Origin: Anthoceros angustus
Lineage: Eukaryota; Plantae; Anthocerotophyta
Assembly (NCBI GenBank): GCA_010909165.1
Contig: MU008193.1
Coordinates: forward strand, 186,001 to 250,000
DNA: 64,000 bases
Reading direction: 5' to 3'
Positions 1 to 11,829 of this stretch are shown here, piece after piece. The position numbers and the translations under genes were made by a program. Below the pieces are notes generated by a model. It was not told where the DNA came from. It did not search any database and was given only the letters and a program-made list of their open reading frames with translations. Every line of letters starts with the position of its first letter. The stretch's first letter is position 1.

Positions 1-1402
1 GCGCCCTCTTGATGAAATGTAAGCAATGTTGGTTTAAGGTCTTGGTGTTTGGAATGAGCACGGGGTTTGGGGGTACCATCCAAAGGTAAGTCTAGACATG
101 CTTTGTCACAGAGAAGCTAAGAAGACCACTGTTGCCTAGATGTGTGGCCGATCCGCAAGGGTGGTGGAAAGCAAGGGAGGGAGCCTTGAGGTCTCCTTGG
201 AGGGAGTTTCCAAGGTCAAGAGGAAGGGGTTGTGAAGCCGGGAGGCTGTCCACTCTTCCTCATTCCCTTCAGCTAGTCTAGTACTCACCTTGTGTTTTGA
301 GTTTGTGTGTTGGAGGTGGTGTTTGGGAGAAGAGAGGCGGGAGCCTGTGTGAGGAGAAGACAAGGCGGGAGCCTGTGTGTGGAGGAGAAGTCAAGGAAAA
401 GTCAAGTGAGTTGGAGGCCGTGGGCTTGTGTGTTTGGAAAATGAGAGGAAAAGTGAACTGTGAGAGAAGTGGAGAATGGACATGGAGAGTTGCTGATTGG
501 CTGTTTGAGAGGAGTAAGAAGGACTGGAGAAGTCTGTAAGTGATGTTTGTGTTGCTGAAGAGAGTGAGTGGAGGTTGAAGATCCCGTGAGTGGATGAGAC
601 GGAATGATTAAGGTAGAACAAGTATTTTGAGAGTTGGTGAAGTGCTGTAAGGGCCTGGATGAGAACCTTGTAAGGACTGGAGAGGTCTGAGCTGGAAAGT
701 GGAGATTGAATGGGGCGTGAGGTGTGAGAACAAGGAGAGTTGAAGAGAGTTGCTGGGAAACTTGGAGAGTGTGGGGAGGATCATGAGGCACCTCAAGGGG
801 CTGTGAGAGCTGGAGAGGTCTGTATGGAGCTTGGAAGGTGAGTGAAAAGGCTGGAGGAGAGACAAGGAAGTCTCAAGAAGTGCAAGAGAAAGGGGTAGTT
901 TGTGTGAGCAACCCTTTAAGTGAGTTGTCCTAGGTTTAGGTTTAGAGATTAGGGTTAGGGCTGCTTAGGTTGTCCATAAATAGTGTGTGAAAAGGTGACA
1001 CGTGGCTAACTCGATTGGTGGATCTAACTTTGTGGATAGATAAGAGAGAGGGTGTCCAACCTTATCCACTTGGATCCCAAGTGGGTCCCACCTTCTATTA
1101 ATAGCCGACTGATCCCAAGGTGGACCCCACTCGCTAAAATAGAGGGTGGTTGCTAAGATAGCAACCGGCCGTGCTGCTAAGGTAGCAGCGTGGCTAAGAT
1201 AGCCATGTGTCCGAGTGTTGTTAGGATAGTAGCTGTCTCAGAATCGCTAGATGTTTTGGTGTGTCCGTGTTTGGTTGGATTGGCTATGTTTTGGTTGTCT
1301 TGACACGAAATCACTCCCTTGGGTACGAATCTCAAGTCTACAACGATAAAGAGGGTAAATGTGGCCTCTTTGTGACCACTTGGTTTAGAAAATCACTCCA
1401 CA
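1..1402 (+). repeat. 5' LTR (partial) of the Athila-like element
   Basis: Ends ...AATCACTCCACA directly before the PBS; collinear with 10395-11829. Confidence 0.9.
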
Positions 1403-1405
1403 TTT

Positions 1406-1423
1406 TGGCGCCGTTGCCGGGGA
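1406..1423 (+). promoter_or_regulatory. Primer binding site, tRNA-Asp type
   Basis: TGGCGCCGTTGCCGGGGA 3 nt after the LTR end; this is the PBS typical of Athila elements. A variant copy lies at 3136-3152. Confidence 0.85.
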
Positions 1424-1911
1424 GTGTCATTGTTGTCAAGACCTTAGAGTAGACTAACCTTGTCTAGTAGTGTATTAGGAGTCTTGAGTGTGATACATGG
1501 ATGCTACCCATTGAGTCTGAAAGTTCCGACTCCAGCCGTGAAGAGAAGACTCCAGCAAGAAGACAACGTCAAGCCGTGGAGCGAGGCTAAGGGTCGCATC
1601 GAGAGCCGAGGAGAGCACAGCAGCAACGACTGAGGAGCCAAGAAGCAAGCAACAGTCGCCTAGGACCGATGACCATCCTTGTCTTCGACCTCCGTCGAAC
1701 TTGTGCACCGTGAACTCAAAGAACTTTTGGACAGTATGCTAAGAGATCCTGCTAGACCAACAATCGCGTTGCGATAGTGACGACGTCATGGCGACTTCAG
1801 CCTTTTGCAATAACTACAGCCCATACCCACCGTATGGAGAGAAGAAGGTATGAAGATCCGACGAGTTTGTTGAACGCTTTGAGCAACTAACCATTGCAAA
1901 TCGTGAACTGG

Positions 1912-3132
1912 GATCCGCAAGGGTGGTGGAAAGCAAGGGAGGGAGCCTTGAGGTCTCCTTGGAGGGAGTTTCAAGGTCAAGAGGAAGGGGTTGTGAGCCG
2001 GGAGGCTGTCCAGACTCTTCCTCATTCCCTTCAGCTAGTCTAGTACTCACCTTGTGTTTTGAGTTTTCGTGTGTTGGAGGTGGTGTTTGGGAGAGAGGCG
2101 GGAGCCTGTGTGTGGAGGAGAAGACAAGGAGCCTGTGTGTGTGGAGGAGAAGAAGGGTATGAAGATCCGTGAGTGGAGGCCGTGGGCTTGTGTGTTTGGA
2201 AAATGAGAGGAAAAGTGAGCTGTGAGAGAAGTGGAGAATCTGGACATGGAGAGTTGCTGATTGGCTGTTTGAGAGGAGTAAGAAGGACTGGAGAGTCTAA
2301 GTGATGTTTGTGTTCTTGAAGAGAGGCTGTGAGTGGAGGTTGAAGATCCGTGAGTGGATGAGACGGAATGATTGCGGAGGTGAACAAGTATTTTGAGAGT
2401 TGGTGAAGTCTGTAAGGGCCTGGATGAGAACCTTGTAAGGAGGCTGGAGAGGTCAGAAAGTGGAGATTGAATGGGTGAGGTGTGAGAACAAGGAGAGTTG
2501 AAGAGTTCTGGGAGACTTGGAGAGTGTGGGGAGGGGCTGCGAGAGGCACCTCAAGGGGCTGAGAGCCTGGAGAGGTCATGGAGCTTGGAAGGTGAGCTGC
2601 TGGAGGAGAGAGAAGTCAAGAAGTCTGCAGAGAAAGGGGTAGTTGTGTGAGCAACCCTTTATCGTTGTCCTAGGTTTAGGTTTAGAGATTAGGGTTAGGG
2701 CCGGCTTAGGTTGTCCATAAATAGTGTGTGGAAAAGGTGACACGTGGCTAACTCGATTGGTGGATCTAACTTTGTGGATAGATAAGAGAGAGGGTGTCAA
2801 CCTTATCCACTTGGATCCCAAGTGGGTCCCACCTTCTATTAATAGCCGACTGATCCCAAGGTGGACCCCACTGCTAAAATAGAGGGTGGTTGCTAAGATA
2901 GCAAGATTCGTCTGCTAAGGTAGCAACAGGTCGCGTGGCTAAGATAGCCATGTGTCCGAGTGTTGTTAATGCTGATGGCTAGATGTTTTGGTGTGTCTGT
3001 TTGGTTGGATTGGCTATGTTTTGGTTGTCTTGACACGAAATCACTCCCTTGGGTACGAATCTCAAGTCTACAACGATAAAGAGGGTAAATGTGGCCTCTT
3101 TGTGACCACTTGGTTTAGAAAATCACTCCACA
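1912..3132 (+). repeat. Duplicated partial LTR (part of a ~1.75-kb LTR-PBS-gag tandem duplication)
   Basis: Sequence jumps from gag back to LTR position ~150 at GATCCGCA (1912); ends ...CACTCCACA at 3132 followed by a second PBS. Confidence 0.9.
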
Positions 3133-3513
3133 TTTTGGCGCCGCTGTCGGGAGTGTCATTGTTGTCAAGACCTTAGAGTAGACTAACCTTGTCTAGTAGT
3201 GTATTAGGAGTCTTGAGTGTGATACATGGATGCTACCCATTGAGTCTGAAAGTTCCGACTCAAGTGAAGAGAAGACTCAAAGAAGAAGACAACGCCAAGC
3301 CGTGGAGCGAGGCTAAGGGTCGCATCGAGAGCCGAGGAGAGCACAGCAGCAACGACTGAGGAGCCAAGAAGCAAGCAACAGTCGCTAGGACCGATGACCA
3401 TCCTTGTCTTCGACCTCCGTCCGAACTTGTGCACCGTGAACTCAAAGAACTTTTGGACAGTATGCTAAGAGATCCTGCTAGACCAACAATCGCGTTGCGA
3501 TAGTGACGACGTC

Positions 3514-4850
3514 ATGGCGACTTCAGCCTTTTGCAATAACTACAGCCCATACCCACCGTATGGAGAGAAGAAGGTATGAAGATCCGACGAGTTTGTTGAA
3601 CGCTTTGAGCAACTAACCATTGCAAATCGTGAACTGGGATCTGCAGCAGATTCACTCTTCTACGGAGTTCTTCATGGAGGGCCAGCCAAGTGGTACAAGA
3701 GGGAGTACCTCAAGGCATCAAGACCCCAAAGAACCTTCAACGAATCAAGAAAGCCTTTTGTGAGAGGTCTGGGAATAGATGTAGAAGGCTACGTGTTGTC
3801 AAAGTTGGAGTTTTGAGGAGAAGAAGGAAGGAGACCTTGCAAGCTTATGTTGAGAGGTTTCTTAACTTGCGTGATCGTAGTGGTCCTCACTGACGATGTG
3901 CCATTCGGTGGTTGCTAAGGGGGTTCCGAGATGGGCCGACATGTGAGGCGCAAGCGAGAAGGACGAGAGACAAGGCCATCAAGGCGGCACTCAACTACGA
4001 AGAATCCAACTCCTTGGACAAGAAGAAGCACAAGAAGGAAAAGAGCAAGAAGAAGAAGTCCAAGCGAGGGAAGAAGGACAAGGGATCTTCGTCGTCGGAG
4101 GAAGAATCTTGAGGAGAGTGACTCCTCTCAAGACGAGACGGAGGACTCTTCCTGAGGATGGCAAAGACGGAGGAAGAATAAGACGAAAGACGCAAGAAGA
4201 AGAAGGTTGACATCGCTAAGAAGAAACCAGAGGCTCGAGGATCAAGGGAGCTGGCCAGGCTAAACAAGAGGTGCTAGTGCTAAGAAGGAAGTGGAACAAG
4301 TCAAGAAGGAGGCTGAAGTCAAGAAGGTGCAACAAAGAAGAAATGAAGATGGAGGAAATGATGAGCAAATTCGAGAAGTTTCACCTCAACGCCGTGAAGG
4401 AGCATGAGAAGAGGAGAGCCGCATCCAAAGGCTCGGCTAACCTGCTTTTGTTCCACTTGTGGCCAGCCACACTAAGTCCAACTCATGTGGCCAAGGTGCA
4501 CATGCTCGCCACGAGGAGGAGGAAGAGGATCGCTGGAGGATACCTACGGATCCGGAGGTTTCCAGGACAACAAGATTCTCAAGACCGCCCATCCGCCGAT
4601 GCGCGAAATTCCATGTATTCAGAATAACCAAGTGCCTGTGGTTGCTAACCAAGCAACGGTGTGGTTCGCTACAATCAGAGGGGCTTTGGTCATTATGCAA
4701 TAGTCGCTCATCGCAACAAGACAGCCAATGGTGACTACGAACTACCGTGCAAGACCGCAAACAACAATGTGGTCATGTAGCGGGAGTGTCACTTGCCCAA
4801 ACCTGGAAGTGCTCAATTGCTCAACCACCTGATGAGTTCAAGCAAGATCT
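3514..4850 (+). pseudogene. Gypsy gag, frameshifted
   Basis: ATG 3514; YEDPDEFVERFEQL-like segment across a frameshift; K/E/S-rich low-complexity region; degenerate zinc knuckle near 4770. Confidence 0.7.
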
Positions 4851-5599
4851 CAAGGAGCCGGCCATGCACGTGGAGGATGCCCTTATGGTCGCTTTGGGAG
4901 GATGCGAAGCCATGGTGTTGCGGGAGCTAGATGGACTGGGGGGGGGAGACTACTACGAGAGGCTGCAGCCATGGTCATGCGCACTAGGAGTGAAAAGCGA
5001 GGAAGCTGGAGGAAGAAGAAAGAGACGGAGGTGGAATCACCACAAAGTCAAGAGAGCACCAAGCCCTGGAGGGAACGGATCCGAGGAGACACTTGAGAAG
5101 GAGAACCCCGAGAAGGAAGAATCAAGGAGTGAATCGCCTGGGGCCATGCCGGAGAAAAGAAGTTCCAAAGAAAAGGGAGAGGAAACCCGAGTTTCCACCG
5201 GACGGCGCCGGAAGTCATGGAGATGATAGAGGAGGAATTGACCAAGACAAACAAATCCGAGCTCGTGATCCGAGACCGCAGAAGTCCTCTCGGCAACCGC
5301 CGCTAAGGCGGCTAAGAACAGCAACCGCCGACGTTGTTGCTAAGGGGCAACCGCGATGGAAGAAGGAGGGACCGATCGAGGACCATTTAACCTTGTCAAG
5401 CCATCATGGATCAGCAATTTGCCATCACGCTTTGGTCAACTATTGAAGGACAACCAAGTACAGCAACAAGTTCGGAGGGCCTTGCAAGAAGCGCAACCCA
5501 AGAGGAAGAGGCGATTGCCCAAGCCAGACCAAGGGTGCCGACCCTACCAACCTAGTGTCCATGATAGACCAAGGCCGGAGTCGCAAGTGGAGATCGGGT

Positions 5600-7890
5600 C
5601 GTGTCATCAAGCGGGTTCCCTTGGATACCGGATCCGGGGTGAACATCATGACGGAAGGATAGCGAGGAAGCTTGGGTTGACATTGAGCATACCACCAAGG
5701 TCGAGATTGGTGACATGTCAAAAATGCACTGTGGGAGAATCAAGGAGTAACCACCATCATAGGGACCATTCCCTATCTCATGGACTATGTGGTTATCCAA
5801 GACAAGGCGCCTGTGGTACATCCTATTGGGAAGGACCGTCAGATGGCTCAAGATGCAAGATGACTTGGGAGGAAGTCATGGGAAGAAGAAAGAGACGGAG
5901 GTGGAATCACCACAAAGTCCAAGAGAGCACTCCAAGCCCGGAGGGAACGGATCCGAGGAGACACTTGAGAAGGAGAACCCCGAAGGAAGAATCAAGGAGT
6001 GAATCGCCTGGGGCCATGCCGGAGAAAAGAAGTTCCAAAGAAAAGGGAGAGGAAACCCGAGTTTCCACCGGACGTCGGAAGTCATGGAGATGATAGAGGA
6101 GGAATTGACCAAGACAACAAAGCTCGTGATCCCGAGACCGCAGAAGTCCTCCGAGTTAGCAACCGCCGCTATAAGCAACCGCCGACGTTGTTGCTAAGGG
6201 AGCAACCGCGATCGCTGGGAAGAAGGAGGACCGATCGAGGACCATTTAACCTTGCCAAGCCATCATGGATCAGCAATTTGCCATCACGCTTTGGTCAACT
6301 ATTGAAGGACAACCCGGCACAGCAACAAGTTCGAGGGCCTTGCAAGAAGCGCAACCCAAGAGGAAGAGGCGATTGCCCAAGCCAGACCAAGGTGCAATTT
6401 ACAACAACCTAGTGTCCATGATAGACCAAGGCCGGAGTCGCAAGTGGAGATCACCGTCATCAAGCGGGTTCCCTTGGATACCGGATCCGGGGTGAACATC
6501 ATGACGGAAGGGATAGCGAGGAAGCTTGGGTTGACATTGAGCATACCACCAAGGTCGAGATTGGTGACATGTCAAAAATGCACTGGGAGAATCAAGGAGT
6601 AACCACCATCATAGGGACCATTCCCTATCTCATGGACTATGTGGTTATCCAAGACAAGGCGCCTGTGGCAACATCCTATTGGGAAGGACCTCAGATGGCT
6701 CAAGATGCAAGATGACTTGGGAGGAAGGAAGTGGCTTTTAAGCCAATGGATTGGGACCCCAAGACAAGGAGGGCCGAATTTGTTTGAGTTGGAGCAGGAT
6801 ACCACTGTGGGGAGACTCCTACAAGAACGGAAGGATACACATCACCGGAGAAACATCCGACTGGAGGAAGAAGGAGGAAATTGGACAAGTTTCCTTTTGC
6901 ACATATCGCATGGTCGGATGAGGAGGAGGAGTATAGGAGGGACATCCTTACTCTCAATTTAGTGGACCGCTTTGGTTTCATGGAGGACTGCACTGGAGGA
7001 GAAAAGAATCTGCTAACGAGGTTGCTAAGGAAGCAATGGATTCTGGCGGTTGCTAAGGAAGGATCGAGACAACACAGCTGAAAGGGAAGCCCTTGGGATG
7101 GTGTATTCAACGGAGAAGGTGGAGTGTGATCAAGAAGATCATTTTCCGGATGAAGCTTTGCCGGAGGAGGATGAGGAGAGTGCTAGGCCCAATGCCAAGT
7201 TGACTGGAAACGGAGGTACAGCACCAAATGAGAAGGGGAGGGAGAAGTTTTGCAGGCCAGCCTATGAGGAGGTCTTTCATTTTTTAGCAACAGTCGATAC
7301 ATATGACTGCCAACAAAGAAGAGGTTGTTCCTATACTTCTCCAGACCTGTTGTTAAGCGCGGAGACAAGCTGTACAGGGTAGGGCCAGATGGAGTTGAGA
7401 GGTTGTGGGTCAAGGATGGTCAAAGGACCGGGTTCTCCGCCTTGCATGAGGAGGAGGCCGGAGGTCACTATGCCGCCAACGTGACTGTAAGAAGATCTTG
7501 GAGGTGGTATTGGTGGCCAACCTTGCACGCCGATGCTAGGGAGTTCATCAAGCCAGACCAAGGGTGCTGACTCCTGATCAACCTAGTGTCCATGATAGAC
7601 CAAGGGCCGGAGCCTGGTGGAGATCGGTCATCAAGCGGGTTCCCTTGGATCTGGATCCGGGGTGAACATCATGACGGAAGGGATAGCGAGGAAGCTTGGG
7701 TTGGACATTGAGCATACCACCAAGGTCGAGATTGGCTGACATGTCAAAAATGCAGCCTGTGGGAGAACTGAAGGGAGTGACCACCATCATAGGGACCATT
7801 CCCTATCTCATGGACTATGTGGTTATCCGGCAAGGCGCCAGTACATCCTATTGGGAAGGACTCATGGCTCAAGATGCAAGATGACTTGGG
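5600..7890 (+). pseudogene. Gypsy aspartic protease, three copies (~5600-5860, ~6470-6720, ~7625-7890)
   Basis: KRVPLDTGSGVNIMTEGIARKLGL motif followed by MDYVVI and LLG(R/K) motifs (second D of copy 3 altered). Confidence 0.85.
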
Positions 7891-8479
7891 GAGGAAGGAA
7901 GTGGCTTTTAAGCCAATGGATTGGGACCCCAAGACAAGGAGGGCCGAATTTGTTTGAGTTGGAGCAGGATACCTCTGTGGGGAGACTCCTCTGACGGAAG
8001 GATACATCATTTGGAGAAACATCGACTGGAGGAAGAAGGAGGAAGACAAATTTCCTTTTGCACATATCGCATGGTCGGATGAGGAGGAGTATAGGAGGGA
8101 CATCCCTTACTCCCTCAATTTGGTGGACCGCTTTGGTTTCATGGAGGACTGCACCGTGGAGGTGAGCTAGCGACGCTGCTAACGAGGCGGTTGCTAAGGA
8201 AACAGTGATCTGGCGGTTGCTAAGGAAGGATCGAGACGATCGGCCAGCAGTGAAAGGGAAGCCCTTGGGATGGTGTATTCAATGGAGAAGGTGGAGCGTG
8301 ATCAAGAAGATCATTTTCCGGATGAAGCTTTCTTGCTGGAGGAGGATGAGGAGAGTGCTAGGCCCAATGCCAAGTTGACTGGAAACGGAGGTACAGCACC
8401 AAATGAGAAGGGGAGGGAGAAGTTTTGCAGGCCAGCCTATGAGGAGGTCTTTCATTTTTTAGTCGAGATACCACAGACT

Positions 8480-9593
8480 GTCACATGATGTGAGGTTGTT
8501 CCTATACTTCTCCGCACTGTTAAGCGCGGAGACAAAACTGCAGGTAGGGCGGATGGAGTTGAGAGGTTGTGGGTCAAGGATGGTCAAAGGACCGGGTTCT
8601 CGGCCTTGCATGAGGAGGAGGCTGGAGGTCACTATCGCCAACGTGACTGTAAGAAGATCTTGGAGGCGGGGTATTGGTGGCCAACCTTGCACGATGCTAG
8701 GGAGTTCATCAAGCGTTGTGATGCATGTCAAAGGGTTGGGAAGCCAACTAGGACCACACAAGGGCCATTGGTCCCTATCCTAGCCTTGGCGCCGAGAAGT
8801 GGGGATTGACTTCACAATGATTCACCAAGACCAAGGGAGCCGTAATCAATATATTCGTAGCAACGGACTATCACTGCACGCATGGTGGAAGCTCAAGCCT
8901 TGCCCGTGGACACAAAGAATGTGGTGGCTGTTCTGCTTGAGCACATCATCAAGGTACGGTGCCCGTTGAACCGGTTAGCGAGGTACCCATTTCATCAACG
9001 AGGTGATCTCACACATGGTGGAAGTACTTCAACATCAGCCACAGGAAGACCACCCCTACAACCCCAAGGCGAATGGACTCACGGAGAAAGCTAATGGGTT
9101 GCTTTGCGTGATCCTCAACAAGTTGATCATCACCTACACCACACGATTGGGACCGGAAGCTTCACTGCCAGGGCGACAGGATGTGAGAAGGTGACCACAC
9201 AGACCCCTACTACCTCACCTATGGGCACTCACCATCATGCCCATTGAGTTTGAAGTGCCAACGTTGAGAGTCCAGAGCATAAGGAGGATGACGGTGGAGG
9301 AGAGCCGCTTGAGAGGCTCATAGGCTTTGTTCAAGACATGGAGAAAAGGAACAAGCCTTGGCGCCCCTGTAACCAAGAGAAGAGGAAGGAATGGCATGAC
9401 CAAGTTGCAAAAACAAGAGTACGTTGTTCGGGACTTGGCGCTGTCAGATGACACAGTACATGCACTTCGAAGTCGCATCTTAGATGGATGGGTCCCTACA
9501 GTCTTGCAAGTGTTCGACAATGGATCCATACAAAAGAACTTGATGGATTCTACAACCGTGGTCAATGGTTGGCGCGTGAAGAAGTATTATTAA
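8480..9593 (+). pseudogene. Gypsy integrase (partial extra zinc-finger copy at ~7330-7550)
   Basis: GGHY..KILEAGYWWPTL..EFIKRCDACQ zinc finger; WGIDF; HPYNPKANGLTEKANG core; C-terminal domain ending at TAA 9591-9593. Confidence 0.9.
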
Positions 9594-9629
9594 TAAGTTG
9601 GCGGGACGCCAACAAATGAGAAGGGAGTA

Positions 9630-11829
9630 TGTGGTGACCACATGGGTACTCGACCCCCTCGAAAGGAGTGTTTTTTGTTTTGTGTTTAAGTTGTGAGAAT
9701 CGTGTGGAGTTGGAATGTGAAGTAGATTAGGAAATAAGAAAAGTCTACTAGAGCCTAGTAGGAGGAAGAGAGTCTAGTCCGATCCCGGATGTAACCTGGA
9801 GGGTTGGCTGCTCGACCGTTGCTAACGCGTTGCTAGGGCTAACAGGACTTGTTATGACAACAACCGACTCGGAGCTGCTATGGTAGCAACTAAGTCGGAG
9901 TTATTTTCCGATAAATTCGGAAAACCTATTTGGGCGAAATCACAGGAAATACCCGAACGGAAGTATGTGGGGAACATGGAGGTACTTGATCCATGCCTTG
10001 ACGGCACCGGATCCTACCTATGGGTTGGACTCTTATGGAGGAGACTTTCACCACCCATCCAGGATTCAAGAGCTCACCGAGGAGGAGTACTGTGCTATGT
10101 CATGAGCACAAGAGAGGGAGGAGTCCACTGAGGAGGTGGAGATTTTGTGGGAGAGTTTGCCCAACCAGCCAAGAGGGAGGAGAGCAAGAGGAGAGCATGG
10201 GGCCTAGGAGGCCTAGGAGAGATAATAGGGTAAGTGACCTCAAATAGTCAGAGGCCCATGTGCTATAGATAGATCAGAATCTTATCTTCTTAGTGGATGT
10301 AATTAAGAGATAGGCCTCTAGGACTGGTAGGCTAAGACCGATTGGTATTTTTGGCAAGCCAAGCTACTTTGTGGGCTGATCTTGGGTATAAGAGGCAGCC
10401 CTCTTGATGAAATGTAAGCAATGTTGGTTTAAGGTCTTGGTGTTTAATGAGCACGGGGTTTGGGGGTGATCCAAAGGTAAGTCTAGACACTGCTTTGTCA
10501 CGGAGAAGCCAAGAAGACCACTGTTGCCTAGATCCAGGTGGCCGATCCGCAAGGGTGGTGGAAAGCAAGGGAGGGAGCCTTGAGGTCTCCTTGGAGGGAG
10601 TTTCCAAGGTCAAGAGGAAGGGGTTGTGAAGCCGGGAGGCTGTCCAGACTCTTCCTCATTCCCTTCAGCCTAGTCTAGTACTCACCTTGTGTTTTGAGTT
10701 TCGTGTGTTGGAGGTCGGGTGTTTGGGAGAAGAGAGGCGGGAGCCCGTGTGAGGAGAAGACAAGGCGGGAGCCTGTGTGTGGAGGAGAAGTCAAGGAAGT
10801 CAAGTGAGTTGGAGGCCGTGGGCTTGTGTGTTTGGAAAATGAGAGGAAAAGTGAACGTGAGAGAAGTGGAGAATGCCGGACATGGAGAGTTGCTGATTGG
10901 CTGTTTGAGAGGAGTAAGAAGGACTGGAGAAGTCTGTAAGTGATGTTTGTGTTGTCAAGAAGAGAGCCGTGAGTGGAGGTTGAAGATCCCGTGAGTGGAT
11001 GAGACGGAATGAGGAGGTAGAACAAGTATTTTGAGAGTTGGTGAAGTGCTGTAAGGGCCTGGATGAGAACCTTGTAAGGACCGGAGAGGTGCCGTGAGTC
11101 GTGAAAGTGGAGATTGAATGGGGCGTGAGGTGTGAGAACAAGGAGAGTTGAAGAGAGTTGCCGGGGAGACTTGGAGAGTGTGGGGAGGATCATGAGAGGC
11201 ACCTCAAGGGGCTGTGAGAGCCTGAGAGGTCTGTGGAGCTTGGAAGGTGAGCTGAAAGGCGGAGGAGAGACAAGGAAGTCTCAAGAAGTGCCGCAAGAGA
11301 AAGGGGTAGTGTGAGCCGCAACCCTTTATGCCGTGAGTTGTCCTAGGTTTAGGTTTAGAGATTAGGGTTAGGGCCGCTGCTTAGGTTGTCCATAAATAGT
11401 GTGTGGAAAAGGTGACACGTGGCTAACTCGATTGGTGGATCTAACTTTGTGGATAGATAAGAGAGAGGTGTCCAACCTTATCCACTTGATCCCAAGTGGG
11501 TCCCACCCTTCTATTAATAGCCAGACCTGATCCCAAGGTGGACCCCACTGCTAAAATAGAGGGTGGTTGCTAAGATAGCAACCGGTCCGTCGCTGCTAAG
11601 GTAGCAACAGGTCGCGTGGCTAAGATAGCCATGTGTCCGAGTGTTGTTAGGGTAGTAGCTCGGTCTCAGAATCGCTAGATGTTTGGTGTGTCGTGTTTGG
11701 TTGGATTGGCTATGTTTGGTTGTCTTGACACGAAATCACTCCCTTGGAGTGCAGAATCTCAAGTCTACAACGATAAAGAGGGTAAATGTGGCCTCTTTGT
11801 GACCACTTGGTTTAGAAAATCACTCCACA
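9630..11829 (+). repeat. 3' LTR (~2.2 kb), preceded by a PPT at 9615-9629
   Basis: AATGAGAAGGGAGTA then TGTGGTG...; ends ...CACTCCACA at 11829 with no PBS after it. Confidence 0.85.

Larger units (their letters stand above)
1..11829 (+). mobile_element. Athila-like (non-chromovirus Ty3/Gypsy) LTR retrotransposon, non-autonomous (gag-PR-INT, no RT/RH); 5' end lies outside the window
   Basis: LTR sequence at 1-1402 recurs at ~10395-11829; tRNA-Asp-type PBS; gag, LDTGSGVNIM protease, HHCC and core integrase; PPT then TG..CA 3' LTR. Confidence 0.9.

Noticed and set aside
136-2579. Ser/Thr/His/Leu-rich minus-strand ORFs in the Athila-like LTR
   Set aside because: Compositional result of a GA/GT-rich plus strand; frames are not preserved between LTR copies.
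3911-8224. Recurrent GTTGCTAAG as an element-wide binding motif
   Set aside because: It also occurs as Val-Ala-Lys codons in the unrelated Copia RT, and several hits come from duplications; only the hairpin array was kept.
9594-9629. Athila env-like ORF
   Set aside because: Integrase stop, PPT and LTR are adjacent; there is no space for it.
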